The position numbers and the translations under genes were made by a program. This document shows, one piece after another, positions 28,307-37,596 of a stretch of DNA of 64,000 bases (the stretch's first letter is position 1; each line of letters begins with the position of its first letter). The stretch comes from Candidatus Micrarchaeota archaeon. Lineage in GTDB: Archaea > Micrarchaeota > Micrarchaeia > Anstonellales > Anstonellaceae. The notes under the pieces are model-generated. The model did no database searches and had not been told where the DNA came from. It was given only the letters and a program-made list of their open reading frames with translations. The DNA lies in NCBI GenBank assembly GCA_026414325.1, contig JAOAJF010000001.1:36090-100089 (forward strand), given 5' to 3'.

Positions 28307-28954
28307 ATGCCTCCGAGGTATTTGGATAAAAAAATAAAACTAATTTGGTTTTTACCAACAGCATTTGCTATTTTTCTATTGTTTTTAATAGTAGCGGTGT
28401 TTTTATTTTTTTTCGAGCGCTATGAATTTCTCTTTGGTTTAGATAAAATCTCGTTTTTATTTTTCTTTTTAATTCTTCTTATTTTAGTGATAGGTCTTCC
28501 TTCTTATCTTTGGATTCATTTAGAATATGTCTCTTTTACCTACGAATTAGCAGAACACGAACTAATTATAAGATATGGAATTTTAACAAGACACACTATT
28601 GTTATTCCATATCATAGAATACAAAATATAAACTCAAGTCGCTCTCTTATTGAAAGATTGATAGGTCTAGCTACATTGGTTATTGAGACTGCAGGAACTA
28701 ATGTTGCAGCTTCAGAGGCACAACTTCCAGGAATCGCAAAAAAAGATTTATTAATAAAAGAAATAATGGAAAAAGTTGAACAATCTAAGCGTTCTATCTC
28801 ACAAAAAGAAAAGCTTAATAATACTCAAGACAATATTTTAAATAATATATTAACTGAGCTTAAAAAACTTAATGAACATTTTGAATATTTTTTTGGAAAA
28901 GATAAAAAGCCAAAGATTTCTACAGATGAATTCAAAAGCAAAAAGGTGATCTAA
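28307..28954 (+). CDS. bPH_2 (YdbS-like) PH-domain membrane protein
   Basis: Two TM helices, then YELAEHELIIRYGIL..IPYHRIQNI..LIERLIGLATLVIETAG. Confidence 0.85.
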   Translation: MPPRYLDKKIKLIWFLPTAFAIFLLFLIVAVFLFFFERYEFLFGLDKISFLFFFLILLILVIGLPSYLWIHLEYVSFTYELAEHELIIRYGILTRHTIVIPYHRIQNINSSRSLIERLIGLATLVIETAGTNVAASEAQLPGIAKKDLLIKEIMEKVEQSKRSISQKEKLNNTQDNILNNILTELKKLNEHFEYFFGKDKKPKISTDEFKSKKVI

Positions 28955-29130
28955 TGGCACTTACCTTAAATAAGTATGAAAAGGCAAGAGTAATTGGTGC
29001 AAGGGCATTACAGATTTTTGCAGGTGCCCCTCCTTTAATAAAAGTAAATCCAGAGCAAACTCCATTGGAAGTTGCAAAAGCAGAGTTTAATGCTGGGGTT
29101 TTGCCAATAGTTGTAATACGAGAGCAATAA
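28954..29130 (+). CDS. rpoK: DNA-directed RNA polymerase subunit Rpo6/K (missed by the ORF track, 58 aa)
   Basis: Translates to MALTLNKYEKARVIGARALQIFAGAPPLI..PLEVAKAEFNAGVLPIVVIREQ; AGGTGA SD. Confidence 0.95.
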   Translation: MALTLNKYEKARVIGARALQIFAGAPPLIKVNPEQTPLEVAKAEFNAGVLPIVVIREQ

Positions 29131-29131
29131 A

Positions 29132-30079
29132 CTAAAAAATAGATTTTTTACTAATTTCAAATTTATAAACTCTTAGCCCTTGCTTTCTTAAAAACCCAAC
29201 AATTTTTTTCATTTTATTTTTTTCTACTAATGCTATTAAACTTGCTGAAGAGCCACCGGCCCCAGTTATCTTTACTCCTTCCAGGCCTATTTTTTTTAAA
29301 TCCCGAATTATTTTTATAGAAGTTTTAGAACAAACTTTAGCTTTTTCTAAAAGCTCTTGATTTTTTTGCATTAACCCAGCCAATCTTTTTCCATCTCCTT
29401 TTTCAATTGCTTTTTTTGCATCTAAAAATATTTTTTTATATCGCTCTCCAAACAAATACCCTTTGTTTTTTGCAAACTTTTCAACTTGTTTTTTTGTTGT
29501 GCTTACTTTTTTATCTAAATTTTTTGTATCTATCAAAATAAAATCATAGCCTTTTATTCTTCTAAAAATAATTTTTTTTGGCCCTCCTGTTTTTTTAAAC
29601 TCTATAACTGAACCAGAGCTTATTGTCCAGCCATCAATTCCAGATGGTTTTCCATGTGCAATCCTATCTCCAATTTGGATATATTCAAATAATTTTTTTT
29701 GCTCCAATTTATTTTTCAAAAATTTTTCTATAGCGTAAGCAAAGGAGCCAGAAATAGCTGAAGAGTTTCCAACTCCTTTAAGTGGCCAAAGTTTTTTTAC
29801 TTTTACTACTATCTTATATTCTTTAAGCTGCGGATATTTTTCTAAAAAGTATTTATACAAATATAGCAAAAAATGTTTTGTAGGTTTTTTTTGTGGATAG
29901 ATAAAAGAATGCTCTTTGTTAGTACTTTTATATTCTAAAGAGTAATTTTTTGATTTTAAAAAACTAACCTCTATTTTATTGTATGGTTTTATTGCTGCAG
30001 CAATGGCGCTATAATTATAAACAGCAAAATGTTCTCCAAATAAAATCACTTTTGCAGGGCAAGAAACTACAAATTTCAT
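29132..30079 (-). CDS. mvk: Mevalonate kinase (GHMP family)
   Basis: PAKVILFGEHFAVY, PLKGVGNSSA, HGKPSGID, KITGAGG. Confidence 0.88.
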   Translation of the reverse strand: MKFVVSCPAKVILFGEHFAVYNYSAIAAAIKPYNKIEVSFLKSKNYSLEYKSTNKEHSFIYPQKKPTKHFLLYLYKYFLEKYPQLKEYKIVVKVKKLWPLKGVGNSSAISGSFAYAIEKFLKNKLEQKKLFEYIQIGDRIAHGKPSGIDGWTISSGSVIEFKKTGGPKKIIFRRIKGYDFILIDTKNLDKKVSTTKKQVEKFAKNKGYLFGERYKKIFLDAKKAIEKGDGKRLAGLMQKNQELLEKAKVCSKTSIKIIRDLKKIGLEGVKITGAGGSSASLIALVEKNKMKKIVGFLRKQGLRVYKFEISKKSIF

Positions 30080-30129
30080 GGATAATTTATTAGCGGCAGT
30101 TTTTTAATCTTTTTCTACTTGATAGTCTT

Positions 30130-30267
30130 ATGGATTTAGAATTTATATTTGCTGTTACATCTATTTTTATTTTCGCTATTCTAAGCTATTTAAGTTTTAA
30201 GGAGGCTTCAAAAAAAGAATGGAAAGAGCTCTCTGAGAAAATAAAAAAAAGAAATAAAAAACTCTAA
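30130..30267 (+). CDS. Putative 45-aa single-pass membrane microprotein (not in the ORF track)
   Basis: MDLEFIFAVTSIFIFAILSYLSFKEASKKEWKELSEKIKKRNKKL: hydrophobic helix plus basic tail; fills the gap between mvk and dph5. Confidence 0.5.
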   Translation: MDLEFIFAVTSIFIFAILSYLSFKEASKKEWKELSEKIKKRNKKL

Positions 30268-30270
30268 AAC

Positions 30271-31047
30271 CTAATCGCTTTCCTTTTGCAATATTTGAAA
30301 ATACTCCTCTTCTACAAAATGCATTTTTGAAGGAATTATTATTACTGCCGGCCCAACTATATCTTCTTTTTTTTCTAATAATTTTTCTATTCTACCTGCC
30401 CAAATCTTTTGATTTTCTCTTCCAAGACAAGAAAGTACAATTATTCTATCTTTTTGTGTTAGAATTTTTTGTTTAGCCTTTTTTTGTGCCAAAAAAATTA
30501 TTTCAAGGGCCTTTTTTGCACTCATCGCCCCTAATTCTTTATCTATATCTAAAAGGCAGAGGCTATGTGCATCTATTTTTTTGTTTGTTTTAATTATTTT
30601 TAAAAACGAAGTAGGTTGATATTTTTCCTTCCAATATGCAATCGTGCAAATCTTTCCAAATCTGTAAACCTGTAAGCCACTTGTAGATATGGCTGCACTC
30701 AAAATCGAGGAATTATGAATTATTTTTATTTTATGATTAAGTTTTTTACAACTTATAACAAGAGAGATGTGAGTTGTTGCTATTAGAGGATCTCCACACA
30801 CAATCAAAGCACAATCCTCTTTTTCTAGCTGATCTAAAATAATTTTTTCATTTTCAACCTCCTCTCGTTCTAGCAAAATTATTTTTTTTGACAAAATATT
30901 TTCAATTTTTTTAACTTCTTCTTCTTCCAAAAAACTTGTATATCTTTCAATAAAAATTTTATTTATTTTTTTAAGTATTTTCAATGCCTCTAAACTTAGC
31001 CCACTAGCAGAACCTATCCCAAGACCTATTAAATAAAACGTTGCCAT
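30271..31047 (-). CDS. dph5: Diphthine synthase
   Basis: YLIGLG, ERYTS, GDPLIATTH, SGLQVYRFGK, HSLCLLDI, MHFVEEEY. Confidence 0.93.
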   Translation of the reverse strand: MATFYLIGLGIGSASGLSLEALKILKKINKIFIERYTSFLEEEEVKKIENILSKKIILLEREEVENEKIILDQLEKEDCALIVCGDPLIATTHISLVISCKKLNHKIKIIHNSSILSAAISTSGLQVYRFGKICTIAYWKEKYQPTSFLKIIKTNKKIDAHSLCLLDIDKELGAMSAKKALEIIFLAQKKAKQKILTQKDRIIVLSCLGRENQKIWAGRIEKLLEKKEDIVGPAVIIIPSKMHFVEEEYFQILQKESD

Positions 31048-31099
31048 ACTTTTGTTTTGGATATTTATTTTTTTAAACCTAAAACACATAAATTTTTTG

Positions 31100-32302
31100 A
31101 TGGATGTACTTTCCTTGTTAAAAAAATCAAAAATTAAACTTAGAGCAAGTGGGCCAGATAATCTTTGCCCAATTTGTAAAAAAAATGGTAGGGTGCACTG
31201 CCCACATAAACCTTTAATAAAAATAAAAAAATTAGCTGTGTTTGAGAAGGATTATTTTTTTGGTCCAACCCCGCCAAATGTTTTTGTTCCACATAACAAT
31301 TATCCAAATATTTTTCCACAACAAATCTTTTTATTAGATGGAAAAATAAATGCTAATCCAAGTTCTTGGTATGGTTGGGATTTTAAAAAAATAATTTATG
31401 CTTCTGCAATGCAGCTTAGAGCAAGTTTTGCTCAGCATTCTAGCCAATCCATTGAAAAACTCCAAGAGAGTATTCTTTCAATAAAACCAGTAGATCTTGA
31501 AGCAAATTATTTAAAAAAACCAAGCTTATTTGTAAATTTTGATCAAGTTTCCTATCCTCTTGGTCCTAAAGCAGTAGTAGATAAAATCTCTCTGGCTTCT
31601 AATCCTTCAATACCTAAAAAAGTAGATAGTCTGCTACAAGAAAATATTCCAATCACTTTAGCAGTTAAAGAGCTTCTAGAGCATGGTTTTGATGAATTTT
31701 ATATCTCTAGAGTTTTAAGTGCTGCTTTATTAGGCAAAGAAAGAAATAAAAAATTTGTACCAACTAGGTGGTCCATAACAGCAACAGATTCTATCTTAGC
31801 AAGATTTTATATAAATAAAATCAAAAATTTTGGCTCTATAGATAAATTTTTTGTTTATGAAAATTTTTATTTAGCAAACAAATTTAGCATAATTCTTTTT
31901 CCTGGAAATTGGGAATTTGAAAACATTGAATGCTGGTGTGCCTCTAAAGAGGTATTTTCGATTTCTCAGGAAAGAGAAGGATATTTTGGAAGGACCAGCT
32001 ATGCCTCTAAACAAGGAGGGGGATATTATGCAACTTTAGTTGCAATAGCAGAAAAATTATTTAAATTATTAAAAAAGCAGGCAAAAGTTCTAGTAATTAG
32101 GGAGATTATGCCTGATTATGACCTACCTGTTGGGGTGTGGGAGATACGAGAAAATGTTAGGCATGCTTTTGAAAAAGAACCAAAAAAATTTGAAACTAAA
32201 AGCGAGTTATTTAATTATCTTTCAACTTCTCTTTTTTTAGAATTTAAAAACTATCTAAAATATAGCAAAATTCTCACTCAATCTACACTCAAGGATTATT
32301 AA
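31100..32302 (+). CDS. nreA: Nre-family DNA repair protein
   Basis: N-terminal Cys cluster, VPTRWSITATD, GGGYYA, PVGVWEIRENVR, C-terminal PIP QSTLKDY. Confidence 0.88.
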   Translation: MDVLSLLKKSKIKLRASGPDNLCPICKKNGRVHCPHKPLIKIKKLAVFEKDYFFGPTPPNVFVPHNNYPNIFPQQIFLLDGKINANPSSWYGWDFKKIIYASAMQLRASFAQHSSQSIEKLQESILSIKPVDLEANYLKKPSLFVNFDQVSYPLGPKAVVDKISLASNPSIPKKVDSLLQENIPITLAVKELLEHGFDEFYISRVLSAALLGKERNKKFVPTRWSITATDSILARFYINKIKNFGSIDKFFVYENFYLANKFSIILFPGNWEFENIECWCASKEVFSISQEREGYFGRTSYASKQGGGYYATLVAIAEKLFKLLKKQAKVLVIREIMPDYDLPVGVWEIRENVRHAFEKEPKKFETKSELFNYLSTSLFLEFKNYLKYSKILTQSTLKDY

Positions 32303-32411
32303 TTATTCTATTTATTATTAATTATTCTAATTTATTCCAAAACTTACAACAAAAGATTTATAAACACTCATTTTCATATATTTATTATAACATTTTTAAT
32401 GGTGATAACTT

Positions 32412-33242
32412 ATGTCCAAGGTTAAAAGATTAGGTGTTGCTATTATAGCTGCAGCTACATTCATAATAGGAAGTGCTTTATATAAACAATGCCAAGGCCC
32501 AGAACCTTCTAAAATCCAGAGAATAGAGCAAAGAATAGAACAAAAAGCACCTAAAAAAGATTTTTTTGTTAAATTGCTAGAAGAAGCCCCTCTGCCTTAC
32601 TCTACAACTGTATTAAAAAAAGGCCAAAATTCTGAGCTTAATTCTTCTTTATCAGATAATCCTTATTCTAATCAATCAATTACTGAAGCTATAAGAATAG
32701 GTGTTATCCCCGAAAAAACAAATCAAGAAATAAATCAAAAAGATATTTGTGCTCATTTAGGAATCACAAGTTCTGTCTCTTCTAATCAACCTACTGCTAA
32801 ACAAGGGGATAGTATTACTAAAACTAAAACAGAAAAAAAGCAAGAGACAAAAAACAAAGAGAAAAATCAACCTCTTGCTAAAAACACACCACCACAAGTT
32901 CCAGAAACACAACCCACTACTAATCAAGAAGTTCAACCCCTTTCAATTCCTCAAGAACAAGGAGAAAGACAAGATAGCCAAGAAAGTTTAGAGCCACAAA
33001 ACATTCTTGAAAGAAAAGTTCTAAATTTAGTTGGCTATTCTGGCTTAGCTGTTTATAGATTAATAGATGGAGTTAAAAGCGTGAAACAAATAATAAACGA
33101 AAGTGGTTTTAGTGAGCAAACGGTACTCGATATTTTATCAATTCTCCGTAGTAATAATCTAATTCATTTTGGGCAAACGTCTACAGAAAAAAATACAGAA
33201 AAAAAAGTAATTATTAATATACAAATCAAGCGAAATAAGTAG
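32412..33242 (+). CDS. Hypothetical membrane-anchored protein with a Q/T/P-rich linker and C-terminal winged helix
   Basis: N-terminal hydrophobic helix; VYRLIDGVKSVKQIINESGFSEQTVLDILSILRSNNLI. Confidence 0.65.
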   Translation: MSKVKRLGVAIIAAATFIIGSALYKQCQGPEPSKIQRIEQRIEQKAPKKDFFVKLLEEAPLPYSTTVLKKGQNSELNSSLSDNPYSNQSITEAIRIGVIPEKTNQEINQKDICAHLGITSSVSSNQPTAKQGDSITKTKTEKKQETKNKEKNQPLAKNTPPQVPETQPTTNQEVQPLSIPQEQGERQDSQESLEPQNILERKVLNLVGYSGLAVYRLIDGVKSVKQIINESGFSEQTVLDILSILRSNNLIHFGQTSTEKNTEKKVIINIQIKRNK

Positions 33243-33384
33243 CTCCTTCTTTTTATTTTTTCTTTCTTTTTCTTTCTTTTATCCTCTTTTACTTAGTGTA
33301 ATATTTTTGGTTTAGTTTTAGGGTTTAGGCTATTGAAAAGTTTTTTATTTATTGTAGTTGTTAATTTTTAAAGGAGGGAATGGA

Positions 33385-33882
33385 ATGGGAACAGTAGCAA
33401 GAAAGATAGTAAAAGGCGATGTAAATAAAACCATCGAGCTACTAAATAAAGCTTTAGCTGATGAGTGGCTAGCATTTTATCAATACTGGGTTGGGGCTTT
33501 GGTAGTGGAAGGCCCACTTAGGCCAGATGTACAAGAGGAATTAGAAGAACATGCAAAAGAAGAATTTGAACATGCTAACATGCTAGCTAAAAGAATAATC
33601 GAGCTTGGTGGAGAGCCAATTTTAAATCCAAATCAATTAGAAAAATATTCTAATTGTGGCTATGATGAGCCAAAAGATTTTCATGTGCTAAAAATTTTAG
33701 ATCAAAATATTAAAGGTGAGCAATGCGCAATAGAAGTTTATTCTTCGATTTTAGAAAATTTAAAGGGAGATCCGATAACTTTTAACCTAATTAGAAAAAT
33801 AATGGAAGACGAAGTGGAGCATGAGCAAGAGCTAGAAGATTTAAAAAAAGATATTCTTTTAATTGGAAAAACAAAACAATAG
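33385..33882 (+). CDS. DPS-like (DpsL) ferritin-family protein
   Basis: LADEWLAFYQYW, EEFEHA, GEQCAI, EDEVEHE di-iron motifs. Confidence 0.9.
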   Translation: MGTVARKIVKGDVNKTIELLNKALADEWLAFYQYWVGALVVEGPLRPDVQEELEEHAKEEFEHANMLAKRIIELGGEPILNPNQLEKYSNCGYDEPKDFHVLKILDQNIKGEQCAIEVYSSILENLKGDPITFNLIRKIMEDEVEHEQELEDLKKDILLIGKTKQ

Positions 33883-33885
33883 GGT

Positions 33886-34440
33886 GTGTTGTCTATGTTG
33901 TGGATACTGGGTTTATTAATACTGGCGGTTTTAGTCTACGTCTTTTTATACAACCATTTAGTTAATCTCAAGGCAAGAATAGAAAATGCTTGGGCTCAAA
34001 TAGATGTTCAGCTAAAAAAGAGATATGACTTAGTCCCAAATCTAGTAGAAACAGTTAAAGCTTATGCTAAGCATGAAAAGCAGCTTTTTGAAAATGTTAC
34101 TCAGGCAAGAACTGCTGCATTAAACGCAACAAATCTTAAAGAAAAAGCAAAAGCAGAATCTCAACTCTCTGCTGCTTTAAAATCTATTTTTGCTGTCGCC
34201 GAAAACTACCCTCAATTAAGAGCATCTGAAAACTTCAAACTTTTACAAGAGCAGCTTGATGCTATTGAATCAAAAATCGCATATTCTAGGCAATTTTACA
34301 ACGATGCAGTTTTAGAATACAACAGTACAATTCAGCAAATTCCTTATAACTTCATAGCCTCAATTCATAACTTTACTTTAAAAGAATACTTCAAAATCGA
34401 AGAAACAGAAAAACAAAATGTAAAAGTTTCATTCGACTAA
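33886..34440 (+). CDS. lemA: LemA family protein
   Basis: NAWAQIDVQLKKRYDLVPNLV, AENYPQLRASENF, RQFYND. Confidence 0.95.
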   Translation: MLSMLWILGLLILAVLVYVFLYNHLVNLKARIENAWAQIDVQLKKRYDLVPNLVETVKAYAKHEKQLFENVTQARTAALNATNLKEKAKAESQLSAALKSIFAVAENYPQLRASENFKLLQEQLDAIESKIAYSRQFYNDAVLEYNSTIQQIPYNFIASIHNFTLKEYFKIEETEKQNVKVSFD

Positions 34441-34478
34441 ATTCATAATCTTTAAGACTAAGCTAAGGTGGAATTAAA

Positions 34479-35381
34479 ATGGTTTCATTCTGGGATGTAC
34501 AAAACAAAAATAAACTTTATTCCTATCTTTTAGCTTTAGTCGTATTTTTAATTTTACTTTCTTTATTTGCTCTTTTTTCTTTTATACTCGGAGACAACAT
34601 TATTTTCATACTTTTCTTCGGATTATTTACTATAATCTATCCACTTATAACTTATTTTTACTCGCATAAAATAGTTCTTCGTCTTACTGGAGCCCAACCA
34701 GCTGACCCAATCAAAGATATCTATTTAATAAATGTTGGAGAAGGTTTGGCCCTTGCAGCAGGACTAAAAAAACCACCTAAATTTTACATTTTAGAAGACC
34801 CTTCACCAAATGCTTTTGCAACCGGGCCTGATCCAGATAATGCAGTTGTGGTTGTAACTAGAGGCTTGCTTAATATTGCAAATCGCCAGGAACTAGAAGG
34901 AGTTATAGCCCACGAGTTAAGCCACATAAAAAATTATGACACTCGTTTTATGACAGTAGTGGTAGTGATGGTTGGCCTAATCGGATTTTTAGCATCCATT
35001 CTATCTCGTTCTGTTTTACACTCTAGCCTGGATTCAAGAAATAGGCGAGGTGGAAATATATTTATTTTATTATTGATTTTTCTAGCAGCAGTGCTCACTC
35101 CAATAATTGCAAATCTTGTAGGTTTAGCTATCTCAAGAAAAAGAGAATATTTAGCAGATGCCTCTGCAGCTCAGCTCACAAGAAATCCTGAAGGGCTTGC
35201 CTCTGCTTTAGAAAAAATAAAAAATGCAGCAAAATCCCAATTTGATTATGGTCCAGCAAGAGCACTTTTTATCTCTGATCCTCAAAAAGAAGAAAAACAA
35301 TCTTTTTTCCAAAAATTTTCAAATCTTTTTTCAACTCATCCCCCAATTGATGAAAGAATAAAGATTTTGCGCTCTATGTAA
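34479..35381 (+). CDS. htpX: HtpX M48 zinc metalloprotease
   Basis: PNAFATG, AHELSH, SRKREYLADA, STHPPIDERI; lemA-htpX pairing. Confidence 0.95.
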   Translation: MVSFWDVQNKNKLYSYLLALVVFLILLSLFALFSFILGDNIIFILFFGLFTIIYPLITYFYSHKIVLRLTGAQPADPIKDIYLINVGEGLALAAGLKKPPKFYILEDPSPNAFATGPDPDNAVVVVTRGLLNIANRQELEGVIAHELSHIKNYDTRFMTVVVVMVGLIGFLASILSRSVLHSSLDSRNRRGGNIFILLLIFLAAVLTPIIANLVGLAISRKREYLADASAAQLTRNPEGLASALEKIKNAAKSQFDYGPARALFISDPQKEEKQSFFQKFSNLFSTHPPIDERIKILRSM

Positions 35382-36242
35382 TTAAACAAATTCGTATTTT
35401 ATTTTTAGCTCTTTGGAAATATTTACAATTTTTTCTTTTTGTGCCTTGTCTACTCCTTTTTTATCTATTAAAATTCCTTCTATTTTTTCAAAATTTTTCT
35501 TGATTGCTTCTTGAACTATATCTCTATCTATCTGCTCTATTCTGTATTTTGGACAAATATGGCTTATTGCTATTTCTTCTCCATCAATTAACCTTTTTCC
35601 AAGAACATAATCTGTAAACTTTGGTGCATAGTGGCCCCCACCAAATCCAATATAAGTTTTATATTCTGGGCTTTTTACTAAAAGTGCACTAAATAGTGCT
35701 CCAGCTATTATTTTTCCAGCTAAGGGATTTTCCCACTCTTCTTTATCTGAGCCAATCTCAACAAATATTAATGGTTTTTTCTCTTCTATTGTTGGGCCAT
35801 GATGATCAACCTCTAATGAGACATTCCAATTCAAATTATTTTTTTTATTTTCTTGTTCGATATATTTTAATATTTGTTTTATTTTGCAGCCAAAAGAATA
35901 GTTTAATGTTTTTGGTTTACCTCCATAACCTGCTTCTGCCCAGTTTCCAGGAACATGAACAGTTAGGGAAGGAAATTTTTTTTCTGATTTGTGGCTTGAG
36001 GCATATAAAAAATACTCTTCAGTCATATGTGCAGTTGGTTTTACTTCTAAAATTTCTACATTTTGTCCATAGGCAAATAATTTTGTACAGCAGCTAGTTT
36101 TTCCACAAGCACTAAAAAAAAGATTCTGGCCATTTTCTTGCCATGCAAAATGCTCTTTTAAATTTCTTATAATGTTTAAAGAGGCTGGATTTTTAGTAGA
36201 ATATAAAATTGCACCTTTTTTAGTCTCTATTTTTTGTCTCAT
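35382..36242 (-). CDS. dtdA: Archaeal D-aminoacyl-tRNA deacylase
   Basis: SSHKS, LTVHVPGN, EVDHHGP, FVEIGS, GFGGGHYAP. Confidence 0.92.
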   Translation of the reverse strand: MRQKIETKKGAILYSTKNPASLNIIRNLKEHFAWQENGQNLFFSACGKTSCCTKLFAYGQNVEILEVKPTAHMTEEYFLYASSHKSEKKFPSLTVHVPGNWAEAGYGGKPKTLNYSFGCKIKQILKYIEQENKKNNLNWNVSLEVDHHGPTIEEKKPLIFVEIGSDKEEWENPLAGKIIAGALFSALLVKSPEYKTYIGFGGGHYAPKFTDYVLGKRLIDGEEIAISHICPKYRIEQIDRDIVQEAIKKNFEKIEGILIDKKGVDKAQKEKIVNISKELKIKYEFV

Positions 36243-36292
36243 AAATAAGTTTGTTATGTTAAACTTTTAAATTCTTGTTTATTTATTTTTTT

Positions 36293-37027
36293 ATGCAAAA
36301 ACCATGGTTTTATAGAAATCTTGGTCCAATTTCTATTCAAGAGCAAAAGCTTTTGTTTTCTTCTGGCATGGTGGTTTGTGGGGTTGGGGGGGTTGGTGGT
36401 ATTTGTAATGAATTATTAGTTCGTGCAGGGCTAGGTAGGCTCTTAACAATAGATTTTGATAAATTTGAAAAAACAAATCTAAATAGACAAATTCATTGCA
36501 CTTTAGATGTTCTTGAACAAGAGAAAGTAGCTGTTTTAGAAAAAAAACTTCTAAATATTAATCCAAAATTAAAATTTGTAAAAATAAATCAAAAACTAAC
36601 CCCTCAAACTTTTCTATATTTTAAAAATTCAATAAAAAATTTTAGACCAAAATTAATTTTAGATGCTTTTGACAATGCTCAAGCAAGAGTTCTTATTTAT
36701 AGAATTTCTAAAGAGCTTGATATTCCATATCTTTTTGCAGCTTGCTCTAAATCAAGAGGAATTATCTCCTTATTTTTAAAAAAACAAAATATGGAAAAAT
36801 TACTAAATCTCCCCTCTTTTAACTTAGAATTAAATGAGGCTTATAATTCTTTAGCAAATTTTCCAACAGGGCTTGCAGCCTGGGGTCCAACTACAAATCT
36901 TGTCGGAGCTCTTGCAACAAACGCAGCATTAAATTTTATTCTAAAAAGAAAAGGTTATCCTCTGGCTCCAAATTATTGGTCGATCTCAGGGCAAGAGAAA
37001 AAAATTTTTTCATATTCAAAATTTTAA
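36293..37027 (+). CDS. ThiF/MoeB/E1-like adenylyltransferase family protein
   Basis: GVGGVG, DFDKFEKTNLNRQ, DAFDN. Confidence 0.85.
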   Translation: MQKPWFYRNLGPISIQEQKLLFSSGMVVCGVGGVGGICNELLVRAGLGRLLTIDFDKFEKTNLNRQIHCTLDVLEQEKVAVLEKKLLNINPKLKFVKINQKLTPQTFLYFKNSIKNFRPKLILDAFDNAQARVLIYRISKELDIPYLFAACSKSRGIISLFLKKQNMEKLLNLPSFNLELNEAYNSLANFPTGLAAWGPTTNLVGALATNAALNFILKRKGYPLAPNYWSISGQEKKIFSYSKF

Positions 37028-37489
37028 TTAGTCCTTCATAGTTTTTAGTATCTCGATTGCTTTTTTTATTTTTTCAAAAGCCAATTTTATATTCTCCAAG
37101 TATATTTGTTCCAAAGCAGGGCCAAGCTCTTTGTTTTCTGCCAAAGAAGGAATAACAAAAACATAGCGATTTTCTTTTTTTGTAATAATCCCTTTCTTTT
37201 TTAACTGAAGTAAATGGTACATAATCGATTTAAAACTAGCTTTTTTTTCTCTTAAACTATTTACTTTTTGCTCTATGTCCTTTGCTGTTGGCTCAATATC
37301 ATTAAAATGAAAATATAAAAGAGCTTCTACTATATCAAAAATTAGTGTTCTAGACTCGTTTAATTGAACCAAGCCTAAGGATAAACAAAGATATCTAATT
37401 AAGCCTTTTTTTGTTAATTTTACCTGGCTTAAAAGTTGCATATCCCTTACTAAATACTCGTTAATTATAAGTTCTTTTTCTGGTATCAT
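37028..37489 (-). CDS. Winged-helix DNA-binding protein
   Basis: LCLSLGL..ESR, SIMYHLLQLKKKGII..RY. Confidence 0.7.
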   Translation of the reverse strand: MIPEKELIINEYLVRDMQLLSQVKLTKKGLIRYLCLSLGLVQLNESRTLIFDIVEALLYFHFNDIEPTAKDIEQKVNSLREKKASFKSIMYHLLQLKKKGIITKKENRYVFVIPSLAENKELGPALEQIYLENIKLAFEKIKKAIEILKTMKD

Positions 37490-37596
37490 AAAAAACTAAT
37501 TTTCTTTACAATTAATAATTTTTAAACATTGCTAAGTTTTTCAAGTTTTTTATATAAAACATACATTTATAAATTTTACAACACACATTTTTTTTT

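Noticed and set aside
32297..32335. Short direct repeat TATTAATTATTCTA x2 after nreA
   Set aside because: Two AT-only copies with no spacer series; not a CRISPR array and expected at this base composition
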